NCBI RefSeq assembly: GCF_009931435.1
Contig: NZ_CP043414.1
Origin: Escherichia coli
Lineage (GTDB): Bacteria > Pseudomonadota > Gammaproteobacteria > Enterobacterales > Enterobacteriaceae
Length of the DNA stretch: 64,000 nt
Direction: 5' to 3' (one strand)
The number at the start of each line of letters is the position of its first letter. The stretch's first letter is position 1. The notes under the pieces were generated by a model, which was not told where the DNA came from, made no database searches, and saw only the letters and a list, made by a program, of their open reading frames with translations. The position numbers were made by a program, and so were the translations under genes. Positions 11,104 to 22,417 of this stretch are shown here, one piece after another.

Positions 11104-11295
11104 TTTCTAGGCTTGTCTGTAATCGGGGATAATAGAAATATGTTCCATCAATTTTTTAAGTTCCATTTTGTTCTCCTTAATTATGTAAGGAGTATTTGAT
11201 CATGTATAAGCAATAAAAAACAGCTTCAGGTAATGAGGAATATCTCAATTTTTAAACATAAAATGCGAATTGTTTAGTACAAAAAAGCAGCGTTA

Positions 11296-11416
11296 CGTGA
11301 TCTTTCCCTGCCAGCCCCTCCGGGTTGACCTGCTCCGTCACCCGCAGAACCCTGCACAATATCCAGTCCCTTGCAGGTCATGTCACCCTGCCGCGCCGCC
11401 GGTTTTCCGCTCATGG
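11296..11416 (-). pseudogene. Vestigial rhs 5' end (start codon plus about 80 nt) fused to a short internal rhs fragment
   Basis: Bases 11340-11413 nearly match the first 70-plus nt of both rhs genes (compare 16134-16207 and 22269-22342), and are preceded by ccctccgggttgacctgctccgtcacccg, which also occurs inside rhs at about 15060. Confidence 0.55.
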
Positions 11417-11546
11417 TTTATTCCTTTTCTTTTACCTTACATGGCCATACAAATAGTTACCTATACTGTCTTTGAATATTGCCCTATCATTTAAAGCCCA
11501 CCTAATTTTTGCGACAGCAAAGGGATTTCTTTTTTAATCCAATCTA

Positions 11547-11951
11547 TCATTTCATTTTTTTAAAACATACGTTAATGCCATTCACACTTCCACATTCACC
11601 AAAAGCATCAAAATAAATTTCACATTTATTGTTGCCTTTCGAAATGATGCTAACCCCCCATCTTATATTGTTATATTTTTCTTTTCTGAAATACTTCATT
11701 TGCAATAAATCAATTATCTTACCCGCATAGAGATCGCTAAGTTCATTCACCACCACTTTATATCTGTATATTTCATTAAGACCTTCCTTGCTAAGCGGAA
11801 CTAACGTGGTAACATACGATGGAAGATTAACTACCTCTATCGTTTTCACGCTATCTATTCCACACAATTCATTCACTCGCCCCATCCCCAATACCGAACC
11901 AGAAAATAGAGACAATAAAACCATCAAATATTTCATCATAAAAAACCTCAC
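11547..11951 (-). CDS. Putative Rhs immunity protein (RhsI) for the rhs-A C-terminal toxin; has a signal peptide
   Basis: 134 aa, AT-rich, starts at the rhs-A stop codon; N-terminus MKYLMVLLSLFSGSVLG looks like a Sec signal peptide; position is that of an immunity gene. Confidence 0.55.
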   Translation of the reverse strand: MRFFMMKYLMVLLSLFSGSVLGMGRVNELCGIDSVKTIEVVNLPSYVTTLVPLSKEGLNEIYRYKVVVNELSDLYAGKIIDLLQMKYFRKEKYNNIRWGVSIISKGNNKCEIYFDAFGECGSVNGINVCFKKMK

Positions 11952-14900
11952 TATTCTGGCGTACCCGTTATTGTCATCGTCTGCAACGGTCCATCCACCC
12001 GATAAAAAGGCAGTCCACTATGAGCTCCTCTGACACACTCATCTAAAGTTTTCGCCGCACGCGATTCAATTATTGTAATAACCCTTGCCTCTTCTTTATT
12101 ATCATATTTCTTATCCGTCCGACTTAAAAGAGCCATGAAATTTTCTTTATCAAGAAGGTAATACTGTGCATGTGCAAACTCATGCCCCAAACCTAATGCA
12201 GGCGATTGTGATTTCGAGTTTAATTCAGTTGAACAAAATAAAGACGCTCTACTATTCCAATATATCGTCATATTATTCGAATTAAATCTACCATTGGTTC
12301 CTTCAATATACTCTATATTTATAGTTTCTTCAGAGCTTGATAAAAAATCTATAGCATCTTTCATTCGTGAATCTTTTTCTAAATACTTAACAGCCTGATT
12401 AAAATCACTTGGATCACCATTAACCTCGAATTTTAAACCCAAAGAATCTATAAACCGAACAGGGTTTAATGGATATTTATACAGATTCCATTCACCTCTT
12501 AGCCCGATTGGATCCTGCGTGATATACCTCCCCTGCAACGGGTCATAGTACCGGTGACGGTTGTAGTACAGCCCCGACTCCTCATCATACTGCTGCCCTG
12601 GCAGACGGTACGGCTGTTGCAGGTGCTCCGGGTTTTCCTCTCCCAGCAGGTTTCCCCACTCGTCATACTCCCCGCGCCACGCCGTTTCCCCTTCCGGGCT
12701 GATAAGCGCCTGCGGCAGCCCACGGTGGTCACAGTGGTAAAGATGAAGTTTCCTCTCCGGGATGTATTCTTCCTCCATCTGGTTGTTCATCTGTTCCGCC
12801 GTCAGCCCGCACTGCGCAAGCCATGCTTCACTCTCCGCACTCACCGCACCCGCGCGCAGTTCCCGCTCCAGCCTCCCCAGCATCACCGACAGCTCCGCCG
12901 GGAGCGTCACACCCGTGTCCTCCTGCAACACCTCCGCCAGGCTACGGTGCCGCGCCTTCGCCTGTTCGCCATTCTCTGTTTCGATTCTCAGGAGCGGCGT
13001 GAAGCTTCCCGGCTGATAAATCGTCTGGATACGTGTGGTGCCGGTCTGTACCGTCGTCAGCCTGTCACCGTCCCACCCGTACCATGTCTCCTCCGGTTTA
13101 CGCGACAGCGACATCCATCCCGTCAGGTCACGCTCCCGCCGCCACACCCGTTTTCCCGTCCTGCGGCCCAGCGGGTCGTAAAGGTAGCGGCTCTCCACCT
13201 GCGGCTCGCCGTGCTGTATCCGCGTGTAGAACACCAGACGGTGCTGGCTGTCGTAATGGTAGTGGTGGGTGCGCTCGTCGTGCATCCGTATCACCCCTTC
13301 CGGGATACGGTCCGTCTTCTCCGCCAGCCTGCCGTATTCATCGTGGCGGTAGACATAGTGCGCATCTTCCGCGATGCGGTTATCCGGCCACGCCGTGAAG
13401 GTGCTGTCCGGGTGCAGTTCCGGGTCCGGCAGCCGGTTTCCTGCCGGGTCCGTCGCATACGGGATATCAATGTCCAGGTTCGCTGCCGTGGTGTGGACGC
13501 CCGTCAGCCTTCCCGTGTCGCTGTAACGGTACTCCCGGCTCTCCTGCGGGCCGCTGATACGCACCAGTTGCCCGTTATCATTCCACGTATACTCACGGTC
13601 AAGCTGCGGAAGGTTCAGGTGCCTGCTCCGGAGCTGGCCTGTGAGGGTGTATGTGCTGGTCAGTTCATATGCGGCATTACTGCCTGCCATGCTGCCGAAG
13701 CTGCGCACCGTCTCACGGTGCAGCCTGTCCCGCGTGTACTCGACCAGCGGCGTTCCGCCCAGCTTCATCCCCGCAAGATAACCGCTGCCATACGTCAGCC
13801 ACTCCACCGGCGGCAGACCGTCCGGCTCCTGACGGGTCGCCAGCCCCTGTTCGCTGTACGCGTGCCCCGTCTCATGCTCCCACAGCATCTCCCCCGTCTC
13901 CGGGTTCTCCACCGTCTGCCGTTCGCCCGTCAGGCGGCCCTTATCGTCATAGCCGTAGTGGACCGCCACACGGTGGCCTTCACTGGTATGGCTGAGGGTG
14001 GTTAACCACCCGTGCTCATCATACTGCCACTGCTCTGCCGCTTCGCCGTTCACCGTCCGGTGCGTGATGCGGTCCGACGCATCGTAGTGCCAGAGGGTGA
14101 TAAGTCCCTCGTCTTCACTGCGGACAAGCTGCCCTGTGGCGCTGTACCGGTAACGCTGTGTCCGTCCGTCAAAGCCGCGCTGCTCCGTCAGGCGGTCCAC
14201 CGGGTCATACAGGAACGTGGACTGGCTGCCGTTCTCATTAGTCAGCGTGGTGATGCGCCCGGCGGCGTCATACCCCATGCTGCGCGTCAGACCGCCCTGC
14301 GTGGTGCTGATAGCTTTACCCCACGCATCATACTGTGTCTCACTGCGGCTGCCGTTCGGGGCAATGATAGCGGTGAGGTCGCCTGCGGCGCTGTACTCAT
14401 AACGGGTTTCACGCCCCTGCACATCCTTCTGACTGACCAGTTGACCACGCGGGTTATAACTGCTGTAAGTGCTGATGCCTTCTTCCCGGTGAACCGCCGT
14501 CCTCTGCCCGTACCGGTCGTACTCATACCGTGTCGTGTACCCCGAGCAGTCCGTGAAGGCCAGCAGTTGACCGTAGCGGCTCCATGCCATCTGTTTTGTA
14601 CTGCCCGTCGCATCCTGTATCCCTGTCGGCAGCTCACTCGCCGGGTCATCATAGCTGTACCGCGTCGTCTCACCGCTGCGCGAGGTCTCCGCCGCCAGCC
14701 TTCCCTTCTCATCATACTCCCGGCTGCTGCGAAGCCCGTCCGGGTACGTCACTGACGTCACCTGCCGCTGGCTGTTGTAGCCATACCGCACCGTCCTGCC
14801 GTCCGGCCCCGTCACCGCCGTCACCGCGCCCGACGCCATATGCAGGCTGTACTCCGTCCGCCGCCCCGCCGCATCCGTCTGCGCCTTCAGCCTCCCCGCC

Positions 14901-16207
14901 GCATCATACTCGCTGCGGGTGATGCTCCCGTCCGCATGCTCCTTCTTCACCACCCGCTTCAGGCCACCCTCGCCTTCCGTGTACAGCACCTCCCGCCTGT
15001 TCAGGCTGTCCGTGATGGTCACACGGTCCTGCCCGTACTCAAAGCGGTAGGCCAGCCCCTCCGGGTTGACCTGCTCCGTCACCCGACCGGTATCATCATA
15101 CCGGTAGCGGCTCTCCGGCCTCCCCGCATAATGGTGCGCCACCATCCGCCCGGCGTGCTCCGCATCATAAGTAAACCCGCGCACCTGCGTCCCGCTGCGG
15201 TCATACACCGCCAGCAACTCACCGCTGGCCGTGTACGTGTAGCGCGCCAGCGGCGCAGTCGGCTGTTCATCCGGGTATGCCGGGTCGTGTGTCAGCCACA
15301 CCGCCTCCAGCCGGATACCGTTATCGGCACCGTATTCTGTACCGGCGGGCAGCGTGTCGGGGAAAACCTGAGAAGAGGAAACAGAACGGGGACCGGCAGG
15401 GGAAGATAAAGACGTGGCGCGCTGTTTACGGCAGGCTTCCGCCCGCTGCGCCTGCGTGCTCAGCAACAGGTGAAAACGACGGCCCGCACCGTCCGTCCCC
15501 CCCGTCACCGCGCCCGCCACGTCACCCTCCGCTGCCCGGTGAAAGGCCAGCGTCCGACCAAAGCCATCCACCACGCCCGTCAGCACCCGGTATGCGGGCG
15601 GTTCCGGCGGCAGCACCTCGTCCGCCCCCGGCACCCGCTCCGGCCAGCTGAGTATCCACCACGGCCCCTGAAGGCTGTTTGTCGCCAGGTACACATGCGG
15701 ACTCAGGCGAACATCTTCCGGCAGCACCTGCCAGAGCGCGCTTAGCGGCTGCGAACTGTGCTGCTCCGCCCCCCCGCCCCGCGCCAGCCAGAACGACTCG
15801 CTGCGGCTGTAGCTTATCTCGCCGGGAAACAGCGGCTCAAAGTGAATGCTCCTGCCGCCGTTGTCGTTGAGTATCAGTTCCCGCTCATGAACCTGTAAGC
15901 GGATATCGAAGGGCGCTTTCCAGCCGGGGCCGAACACGCCCACCGGCGCGGGCGTCCTGGTCCGGTAACTGCTGTAAGCGCGGGAAAGAATAAACGGCAG
16001 CGGGCCGGGCAGTGCCAGGTCCGTCTCGCCCGGCAGCACCTTCGCACCCAGCACCGGGTTCACCGGGTTAGCATAGGTAATCCCTCCCGGACACACCGAG
16101 CAGGCCACTCCCGTCGGCGCACCTATCAGCACCCCTGCTGAACCCTGCACAATATCCAGTCCCTTGCGGGTCATGTCGCCCTGCCGCGCCGCCGGTTTTC
16201 CGCTCAT
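11951..16207 (-). CDS. Rhs-family polymorphic toxin (distal copy) with PAAR-like N-terminus, YD-repeat shell and a C-terminal domain carrying an HExxH motif
   Basis: 1418 aa; N-terminal [16 protein letters not shown]...VACSVCPGG, many YD repeats, DPIGL demarcation motif, then a unique roughly 160 aa tail containing [10 protein letters not shown]. Confidence 0.9.
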   Translation of the reverse strand: MSGKPAARQGDMTRKGLDIVQGSAGVLIGAPTGVACSVCPGGITYANPVNPVLGAKVLPGETDLALPGPLPFILSRAYSSYRTRTPAPVGVFGPGWKAPFDIRLQVHERELILNDNGGRSIHFEPLFPGEISYSRSESFWLARGGGAEQHSSQPLSALWQVLPEDVRLSPHVYLATNSLQGPWWILSWPERVPGADEVLPPEPPAYRVLTGVVDGFGRTLAFHRAAEGDVAGAVTGGTDGAGRRFHLLLSTQAQRAEACRKQRATSLSSPAGPRSVSSSQVFPDTLPAGTEYGADNGIRLEAVWLTHDPAYPDEQPTAPLARYTYTASGELLAVYDRSGTQVRGFTYDAEHAGRMVAHHYAGRPESRYRYDDTGRVTEQVNPEGLAYRFEYGQDRVTITDSLNRREVLYTEGEGGLKRVVKKEHADGSITRSEYDAAGRLKAQTDAAGRRTEYSLHMASGAVTAVTGPDGRTVRYGYNSQRQVTSVTYPDGLRSSREYDEKGRLAAETSRSGETTRYSYDDPASELPTGIQDATGSTKQMAWSRYGQLLAFTDCSGYTTRYEYDRYGQRTAVHREEGISTYSSYNPRGQLVSQKDVQGRETRYEYSAAGDLTAIIAPNGSRSETQYDAWGKAISTTQGGLTRSMGYDAAGRITTLTNENGSQSTFLYDPVDRLTEQRGFDGRTQRYRYSATGQLVRSEDEGLITLWHYDASDRITHRTVNGEAAEQWQYDEHGWLTTLSHTSEGHRVAVHYGYDDKGRLTGERQTVENPETGEMLWEHETGHAYSEQGLATRQEPDGLPPVEWLTYGSGYLAGMKLGGTPLVEYTRDRLHRETVRSFGSMAGSNAAYELTSTYTLTGQLRSRHLNLPQLDREYTWNDNGQLVRISGPQESREYRYSDTGRLTGVHTTAANLDIDIPYATDPAGNRLPDPELHPDSTFTAWPDNRIAEDAHYVYRHDEYGRLAEKTDRIPEGVIRMHDERTHHYHYDSQHRLVFYTRIQHGEPQVESRYLYDPLGRRTGKRVWRRERDLTGWMSLSRKPEETWYGWDGDRLTTVQTGTTRIQTIYQPGSFTPLLRIETENGEQAKARHRSLAEVLQEDTGVTLPAELSVMLGRLERELRAGAVSAESEAWLAQCGLTAEQMNNQMEEEYIPERKLHLYHCDHRGLPQALISPEGETAWRGEYDEWGNLLGEENPEHLQQPYRLPGQQYDEESGLYYNRHRYYDPLQGRYITQDPIGLRGEWNLYKYPLNPVRFIDSLGLKFEVNGDPSDFNQAVKYLEKDSRMKDAIDFLSSSEETINIEYIEGTNGRFNSNNMTIYWNSRASLFCSTELNSKSQSPALGLGHEFAHAQYYLLDKENFMALLSRTDKKYDNKEEARVITIIESRAAKTLDECVRGAHSGLPFYRVDGPLQTMTITGTPE
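12502..16207 (-). repeat. Rhs core repeat, copy A (near-identical to 18628..22342; apparently perfect over about 12502..14060)
   Basis: Identical antisense ORFs at a fixed 6126 bp offset (12554..14005 and 18680..20131, etc.) and direct line-by-line comparison. Confidence 0.85.
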
Positions 16208-16330
16208 GGTTTATTCCTCTTCCTCTGAATAAACTTATTTTTGATGCACTAATGATTTTCAAAAGAGATTTATATTTAACGACAATTCAGCACTTTTAAT
16301 GTAAAAGATCCCCGGCTGAATGATATTCAC

Positions 16331-17299
16331 TCATTGTTTGTTATCAGAAAGTGTTTTATACAGCGGCACATATCCCACGTCTTCCACAAGACTTTGCCCC
16401 TGAGGGCTTAAAAACCAGTCCACTAGTTTTTGTGTTTCCGGTGTCGGCTTTTCGCGGGTGACCATGTAGGCATCCACCACATACGGATAAGTACCGTTGC
16501 GGATATTCTCCACCGTTGGTGCAATACCATTTATTGCCAGCAGCTTAAGATTTGGGCTTATATCCTTATTCATCTGTGTGACATAATAGCGGAAGGTGTA
16601 ACCAATTGAAGGCTGCGTATTCCGGTAGGCAATTACTTTGGTTAACACTCCATTCATAAGGCTTACTTCTGTAGATGTTCTGGCGGGTAGCATCGGTGTC
16701 TCTTTCATCACCTTTGCCAGCATCACCGTCTGGCTACCGGAATCTTCCGGACGCTGCCAGACCTGAATGCGCTCATCACTGCCACCAACCTGACTCCAGC
16801 GGGTGATTTTACCGCTGAAGATATCCCGAACCTGCTGTTCAGTAAAAGAACTGACCGGATTACTGGCGTTAACGATAAAAACAAAGGCTTCGTGGGCGAA
16901 GGGGGTATAAACCAGTTTCACCCCGGCATCGGCAGCCCGTTGTTTTTGTCCTGCGGAAGGCTGGGCAACAAAAATAACATCGGCCTGGCGCTTTATGAGA
17001 TCATTATAGGCTTCTGGTGTACGAGTCGGATACATATAATTCAAACCCGGATCTTGATGGTTATCCCCGGGGATCAAATATCGGTAAGCTGAAGCATACA
17101 GTGGATATAACGCGGTTGCACCACATACCCGGGGCCATTTATTCGAGTTATCAGTGTAGCGTAAAGTGGGTTCTCCTCGTATATTGGTTTTCTCCCAACT
17201 CACTGTTTCTTTTACGCTGTTATCGCCCCCGCCGTCTACACATCCTGACATTAATACCGTCATATAAAATAATACTGGTAACAGGCCCACCCTACGCAT
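16331..17299 (-). CDS. PstS-like (phosphate-binding-protein fold) lipoprotein; start uncertain, ORF extends to 17365
   Basis: 344 aa ORF; probable start MRRVGLLPVLFYMTVLMSGC with lipobox; AT-rich; lies between the two Rhs modules. Confidence 0.6.
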   Translation of the reverse strand: MRRVGLLPVLFYMTVLMSGCVDGGGDNSVKETVSWEKTNIRGEPTLRYTDNSNKWPRVCGATALYPLYASAYRYLIPGDNHQDPGLNYMYPTRTPEAYNDLIKRQADVIFVAQPSAGQKQRAADAGVKLVYTPFAHEAFVFIVNASNPVSSFTEQQVRDIFSGKITRWSQVGGSDERIQVWQRPEDSGSQTVMLAKVMKETPMLPARTSTEVSLMNGVLTKVIAYRNTQPSIGYTFRYYVTQMNKDISPNLKLLAINGIAPTVENIRNGTYPYVVDAYMVTREKPTPETQKLVDWFLSPQGQSLVEDVGYVPLYKTLSDNKQ

Positions 17300-17627
17300 A
17301 CAATGATTTAATAAATACGCCATATACCTCACTCTAAAATATTGATTATATAAATACATATGCATAATTATATTTACATCAAATTCTGAATGAACAATTT
17401 AAATTTAGAGAAAGTGAAATTTAATTTTTCGATACTTCCGCATACATATTCCCCTCGCTAAAAAATCATCATTCCACAATCAATCATTAATTACAACTCA
17501 ATATACATCATTTAACTTTCATTAAACTCGCAATTTATTATTACATTGTAGCCATTATGAACTGTCATCACGCACACACTCTACATACACATTAGAAACA
17601 ATATAACCCCATGAGCCATCCTCCGTT

Positions 17628-18074
17628 TCAATACTTAGTGCAGCGTGTCTTAAGGAAATTAGAAGCCACAACATCAATCTTTTCTTTTAAGACTAAATCA
17701 TCCACATAATCACAAGACAAATAGAAGTCATTACCATCGGCCATTATAAATATCCTCATAGGTAAAGATTTATCATTATCAACATGAGCATTCGTAATAA
17801 TCCAATAATAAGGAAATCTAACATTTTTTGTAGGAATACCCAATAAATCATAAGCTTTATTATTATATTCTATCGCTCCCTTAACAAACGTTGGTTTGAC
17901 CTCCTTACCAATAATGCGATGCGACGTATATTCTTCCTTCTCAGCAAACGATTGCATTAATGCCCATATAGGTTTATTTGCCAGCTCACCGTGATGAAAA
18001 ATCCGATAAAAATACACTCCTAAAAAAAATATTAAGCCTAAGCAAACCAATACCATGAGGCAGTTCTTACTCAT
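17628..18074 (-). CDS. Putative Rhs immunity protein (RhsI) for the rhs-B C-terminal toxin; N-terminal membrane anchor
   Basis: 148 aa, AT-rich, overlaps the rhs-B stop by 4 nt; N-terminal hydrophobic helix [18 protein letters not shown]. Confidence 0.55.
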   Translation of the reverse strand: MSKNCLMVLVCLGLIFFLGVYFYRIFHHGELANKPIWALMQSFAEKEEYTSHRIIGKEVKPTFVKGAIEYNNKAYDLLGIPTKNVRFPYYWIITNAHVDNDKSLPMRIFIMADGNDFYLSCDYVDDLVLKEKIDVVASNFLKTRCTKY

Positions 18075-21000
18075 TGATTAAAATCCGTAAAATTAGAAGG
18101 AACAGGGCCATTCTCAGGTGAAAACAATGGAGATGTATTTGATACTCGTGATGCTATCATTTCTACAGTAGCAGGAAGATACATTGGCATTCCATTATCA
18201 CCACCTAGCGGATCAGTTGAAGTTAAAATTTCATTTATTGAATCTACTGAGACTCCCGCATGCAACATTGCCTCAATAACCATTGTTGCACAATTGTGCG
18301 TAAAATAGTTATAGTCACTTCTATCTACTTTATATTTTTCATCAATGTACTTAATCATTGCTTTCTCTTGTTCTGGCGTGGTTTTAATTGTATATATCCT
18401 CGTGCTTCTACGTTGTGCTTGTTCAGTTAAATAAGCTATGACACTCCCTCCACGTGGGGTAGCGGTTCCATAGCTATATACCCCTTTTCCAGTAAATGCC
18501 ATCGCAGAATGCCCTAATGGATTACCACTCGTGGGTCCCCCAGCAAAAATAAGGGTATCCAAACCAAGTGGATCTATATTTATAGTTGGATTCCACGGAT
18601 ATTTATAAAGATTCCATCCCCCCGCAAGCCCGATTGGATCCTGCGTGATATACCTCCCCTGCAACGGGTCATAGTACCGGTGACGGTTGTAGTACAGCCC
18701 CGACTCCTCATCATACTGCTGCCCTGGCAGACGGTACGGCTGTTGCAGGTGCTCCGGGTTTTCCTCTCCCAGCAGGTTTCCCCACTCGTCATACTCCCCG
18801 CGCCACGCCGTTTCCCCTTCCGGGCTGATAAGCGCCTGCGGCAGCCCACGGTGGTCACAGTGGTAAAGATGAAGTTTCCTCTCCGGGATGTATTCTTCCT
18901 CCATCTGGTTGTTCATCTGTTCCGCCGTCAGCCCGCACTGCGCAAGCCATGCTTCACTCTCCGCACTCACCGCACCCGCGCGCAGTTCCCGCTCCAGCCT
19001 CCCCAGCATCACCGACAGCTCCGCCGGGAGCGTCACACCCGTGTCCTCCTGCAACACCTCCGCCAGGCTACGGTGCCGCGCCTTCGCCTGTTCGCCATTC
19101 TCTGTTTCGATTCTCAGGAGCGGCGTGAAGCTTCCCGGCTGATAAATCGTCTGGATACGTGTGGTGCCGGTCTGTACCGTCGTCAGCCTGTCACCGTCCC
19201 ACCCGTACCATGTCTCCTCCGGTTTACGCGACAGCGACATCCATCCCGTCAGGTCACGCTCCCGCCGCCACACCCGTTTTCCCGTCCTGCGGCCCAGCGG
19301 GTCGTAAAGGTAGCGGCTCTCCACCTGCGGCTCGCCGTGCTGTATCCGCGTGTAGAACACCAGACGGTGCTGGCTGTCGTAATGGTAGTGGTGGGTGCGC
19401 TCGTCGTGCATCCGTATCACCCCTTCCGGGATACGGTCCGTCTTCTCCGCCAGCCTGCCGTATTCATCGTGGCGGTAGACATAGTGCGCATCTTCCGCGA
19501 TGCGGTTATCCGGCCACGCCGTGAAGGTGCTGTCCGGGTGCAGTTCCGGGTCCGGCAGCCGGTTTCCTGCCGGGTCCGTCGCATACGGGATATCAATGTC
19601 CAGGTTCGCTGCCGTGGTGTGGACGCCCGTCAGCCTTCCCGTGTCGCTGTAACGGTACTCCCGGCTCTCCTGCGGGCCGCTGATACGCACCAGTTGCCCG
19701 TTATCATTCCACGTATACTCACGGTCAAGCTGCGGAAGGTTCAGGTGCCTGCTCCGGAGCTGGCCTGTGAGGGTGTATGTGCTGGTCAGTTCATATGCGG
19801 CATTACTGCCTGCCATGCTGCCGAAGCTGCGCACCGTCTCACGGTGCAGCCTGTCCCGCGTGTACTCGACCAGCGGCGTTCCGCCCAGCTTCATCCCCGC
19901 AAGATAACCGCTGCCATACGTCAGCCACTCCACCGGCGGCAGACCGTCCGGCTCCTGACGGGTCGCCAGCCCCTGTTCGCTGTACGCGTGCCCCGTCTCA
20001 TGCTCCCACAGCATCTCCCCCGTCTCCGGGTTCTCCACCGTCTGCCGTTCGCCCGTCAGGCGGCCCTTATCGTCATAGCCGTAGTGGACCGCCACACGGT
20101 GGCCTTCACTGGTATGGCTGAGGGTGGTTAACCACCCGTGCTCATCATACTGCCACTGCTCTGCCGCTTCGCCGTTCACCGTCCGGTGCGTGATGCGGTC
20201 CGACGTATCGTAGTGCCAGAGGGTGATAAGCCCCTCGTCTTCACTGCGGACAAGCTGCCCTGCGGCGCTGTACCGGTAACGCTGTGTCCTGCCATCAAAG
20301 CCGCGCTGCTCCGTCAGGCGGTCCAGCACATCATAGGTAAACTCACTCCGGCTGCCGTTCTCGTTGGTCAGCACGGTGATGCGCCCGGCGGCGTCATACC
20401 CCATGCTGCGCGTCAGCCCGCCCTGCGTGGTGCTGACGGCCTTTCCCCACGCATCATACTGTGTCTCACTGCGGCTGCCGTCCGGGGCAATGATAGCGGT
20501 GAGGTCGCCTGCGGCGCTGTACTCATAACGGGTTTCACGCCCCTGCACATCCTTCTGACTGACCAGTTGACCACGCGGGTTATAACTGCTGTAAGTGCTG
20601 ATGCCTTCTTCCCGGTGAACCGCCGTCCTCTGCCCGTACCGGTCGTACTCATACCGTGTCGTGTACCCCGAGCAGTCCGTGAAGGCCAGCAGTTGACCGT
20701 AGCGGCTCCATGCCATCTGTTTTGTACTGCCCGTCGCATCCTGTATCCCTGTCGGCAGCTCACTCGCCGGGTCATCATAGCTGTACCGCGTCGTCTCACC
20801 GCTGCGTGAGGTCTCCGCCGCCAGCCTTCCCTTCTCGTCATACTCCCGGCTGCTGCGCAGCCCGTCCGGGTACGTCACTGACGTCACCTGCCGCTGGCTG
20901 TTGTAGCCATACCGCACCGTCCTGCCGTCCGGCCCCGTCACCGCCGTCACCGCGCCCGACGCCATATGTATCCGGTACTCCGTCCGCCGTCCCGCCGCAT

Positions 21001-22342
21001 CCGTCTGCGCCTTCAGCCTCCCCGCCTCATCATACCCGCTGCGGGTGATGCTCCCGTCCGCATGCTCCTTCTTCACCACACGCTTCAGGCCACCCTCGCC
21101 CTCCGTGTACAGCACCTCCCGCCTGTTCAGGCTGTCCGTGATGGTCACACGGTCCTGCCCGTACTCAAAGCGGTAGTCCAGTCCCTCCGGGTTGACCTGC
21201 TCCGTCACCCGCCCGGTATCATCATACCGGTAGCGGCTCTCCGGCCTCCCCGCATAATGGTGCGCCACCATCCGCCCGGCGTGCTCCGCATCATAAGTAA
21301 ACCCGCGCACCTGCGTCCCGCTGCGGTCATACACCGCCAGCAACTCACCGCTGGCCGTGTACGTGTAGCGCGCCAGCGGCGCAGTCGGCTGTTCATCCGG
21401 GTATGCCGGGTCGTGTGTCAGCCACACCGCCTCCAGACGGATACCGTTATCGGCACCGTATTCTGTACCGGCGGGCAGCGTGTCGGGGAAAACCTGAGAA
21501 GAGGAAACAGAACGGGGACCGGCAGGGGAAGATAAAGACGTGGCGCGCTGTTTACGGAAGGCTTCCGCCCGCTGCGCCTGCGTGCTCAGCAACAGGTGAA
21601 AACGACGGCCCGCACCGTCCGTCACCCCCGTCACCGCGCCCGCCACGTCACCCTCTGCCACCCGGTGGAAAGTCATCGTCCGACCAAAGCCATCCACCAC
21701 GCCCGTCAGTACCCGGTATGCGGGTGGCTCCGGCGGCAGCACCTCGTCCACTTCCGGCACCCGCTCCGGCCAGCCGAGCACCAGCCACTGCCCGGTTGTG
21801 CTGACAGCCATCATATAGGTGTGTGGACTCAGGCGGACCGCTTCCGGCAGCGCCCGCCAGAACCGCGCAAGCGGGTGTCCTTTATGCTGTTTCAGCACCC
21901 CGCCCCGCGCCAGCCAGAACGACTCGCTGCGGCTGTAGCTTATCTCGCCGGGAAACAGGGGTTCAAAGTGGATGCTCCGGCCACCGCTGTCGTTAAGTAT
22001 CAGTTCACGCTCACAAATCTGTAAGCGGATGTCGGAGGGGGCTTTCCAGCCGGGGCCGAATATCCCCACCGGGGCTGGCGTCTTCGTCCGGTAACTGCTG
22101 TAGGCGCGGAAAAGGATGAACGGCAACGGGCCGGATAGTGCCAGGTCGGTTTCAGCAGGCAGTACCTTCGCTCCCAGCAGCGGGTTTACCGGATTGCCAT
22201 ATTTCGGCGTGGCTTCCCCTGTGGGACACACCGAGCAGGCAACCCCCGTCGGCGCACCTATCAGCACCCCTGCTGAACCCTGCACAATATCCAGTCCCTT
22301 GCGGGTCATGTCACCCTGCCGCGCCGCCGGTTTTCCGCCCAT
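18071..22342 (-). CDS. Rhs-family polymorphic toxin (vgrG-proximal copy) with PAAR-like N-terminus and a C-terminal domain with a His...Cys pattern (possible permuted papain-like hydrolase)
   Basis: 1423 aa; same architecture as the other rhs; after DPIGL the tail contains GHSAMAF...YSYG...[12 protein letters not shown]. Confidence 0.9.
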   Translation of the reverse strand: MGGKPAARQGDMTRKGLDIVQGSAGVLIGAPTGVACSVCPTGEATPKYGNPVNPLLGAKVLPAETDLALSGPLPFILFRAYSSYRTKTPAPVGIFGPGWKAPSDIRLQICERELILNDSGGRSIHFEPLFPGEISYSRSESFWLARGGVLKQHKGHPLARFWRALPEAVRLSPHTYMMAVSTTGQWLVLGWPERVPEVDEVLPPEPPAYRVLTGVVDGFGRTMTFHRVAEGDVAGAVTGVTDGAGRRFHLLLSTQAQRAEAFRKQRATSLSSPAGPRSVSSSQVFPDTLPAGTEYGADNGIRLEAVWLTHDPAYPDEQPTAPLARYTYTASGELLAVYDRSGTQVRGFTYDAEHAGRMVAHHYAGRPESRYRYDDTGRVTEQVNPEGLDYRFEYGQDRVTITDSLNRREVLYTEGEGGLKRVVKKEHADGSITRSGYDEAGRLKAQTDAAGRRTEYRIHMASGAVTAVTGPDGRTVRYGYNSQRQVTSVTYPDGLRSSREYDEKGRLAAETSRSGETTRYSYDDPASELPTGIQDATGSTKQMAWSRYGQLLAFTDCSGYTTRYEYDRYGQRTAVHREEGISTYSSYNPRGQLVSQKDVQGRETRYEYSAAGDLTAIIAPDGSRSETQYDAWGKAVSTTQGGLTRSMGYDAAGRITVLTNENGSRSEFTYDVLDRLTEQRGFDGRTQRYRYSAAGQLVRSEDEGLITLWHYDTSDRITHRTVNGEAAEQWQYDEHGWLTTLSHTSEGHRVAVHYGYDDKGRLTGERQTVENPETGEMLWEHETGHAYSEQGLATRQEPDGLPPVEWLTYGSGYLAGMKLGGTPLVEYTRDRLHRETVRSFGSMAGSNAAYELTSTYTLTGQLRSRHLNLPQLDREYTWNDNGQLVRISGPQESREYRYSDTGRLTGVHTTAANLDIDIPYATDPAGNRLPDPELHPDSTFTAWPDNRIAEDAHYVYRHDEYGRLAEKTDRIPEGVIRMHDERTHHYHYDSQHRLVFYTRIQHGEPQVESRYLYDPLGRRTGKRVWRRERDLTGWMSLSRKPEETWYGWDGDRLTTVQTGTTRIQTIYQPGSFTPLLRIETENGEQAKARHRSLAEVLQEDTGVTLPAELSVMLGRLERELRAGAVSAESEAWLAQCGLTAEQMNNQMEEEYIPERKLHLYHCDHRGLPQALISPEGETAWRGEYDEWGNLLGEENPEHLQQPYRLPGQQYDEESGLYYNRHRYYDPLQGRYITQDPIGLAGGWNLYKYPWNPTINIDPLGLDTLIFAGGPTSGNPLGHSAMAFTGKGVYSYGTATPRGGSVIAYLTEQAQRRSTRIYTIKTTPEQEKAMIKYIDEKYKVDRSDYNYFTHNCATMVIEAMLHAGVSVDSINEILTSTDPLGGDNGMPMYLPATVEMIASRVSNTSPLFSPENGPVPSNFTDFNQ
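18628..22342 (-). repeat. Rhs core repeat, copy B (near-identical to 12502..16207)
   Basis: See copy A; N-terminal 250 codons are more diverged, the central and 3' core is almost identical. Confidence 0.85.
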
Positions 22343-22417
22343 GAATCAATTCCTTCTGCTTTTAATATGGTTCATCTGGCCACTGCACCAGTTCCGTTTT
22401 AATTTTTTGCACCTGAC

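Noticed and set aside
12554-14005. Long plus-strand ORFs (up to 483 aa) inside both rhs genes, for example 12554..14005, 14012..14755, 18680..20131 and 20138..20809
   Set aside because: They are antisense to the Rhs coding frame, Pro/Arg-rich and low-complexity, and identical in both copies only because the underlying rhs DNA is identical. They are an artefact of GC-rich repetitive YD-repeat coding sequence.
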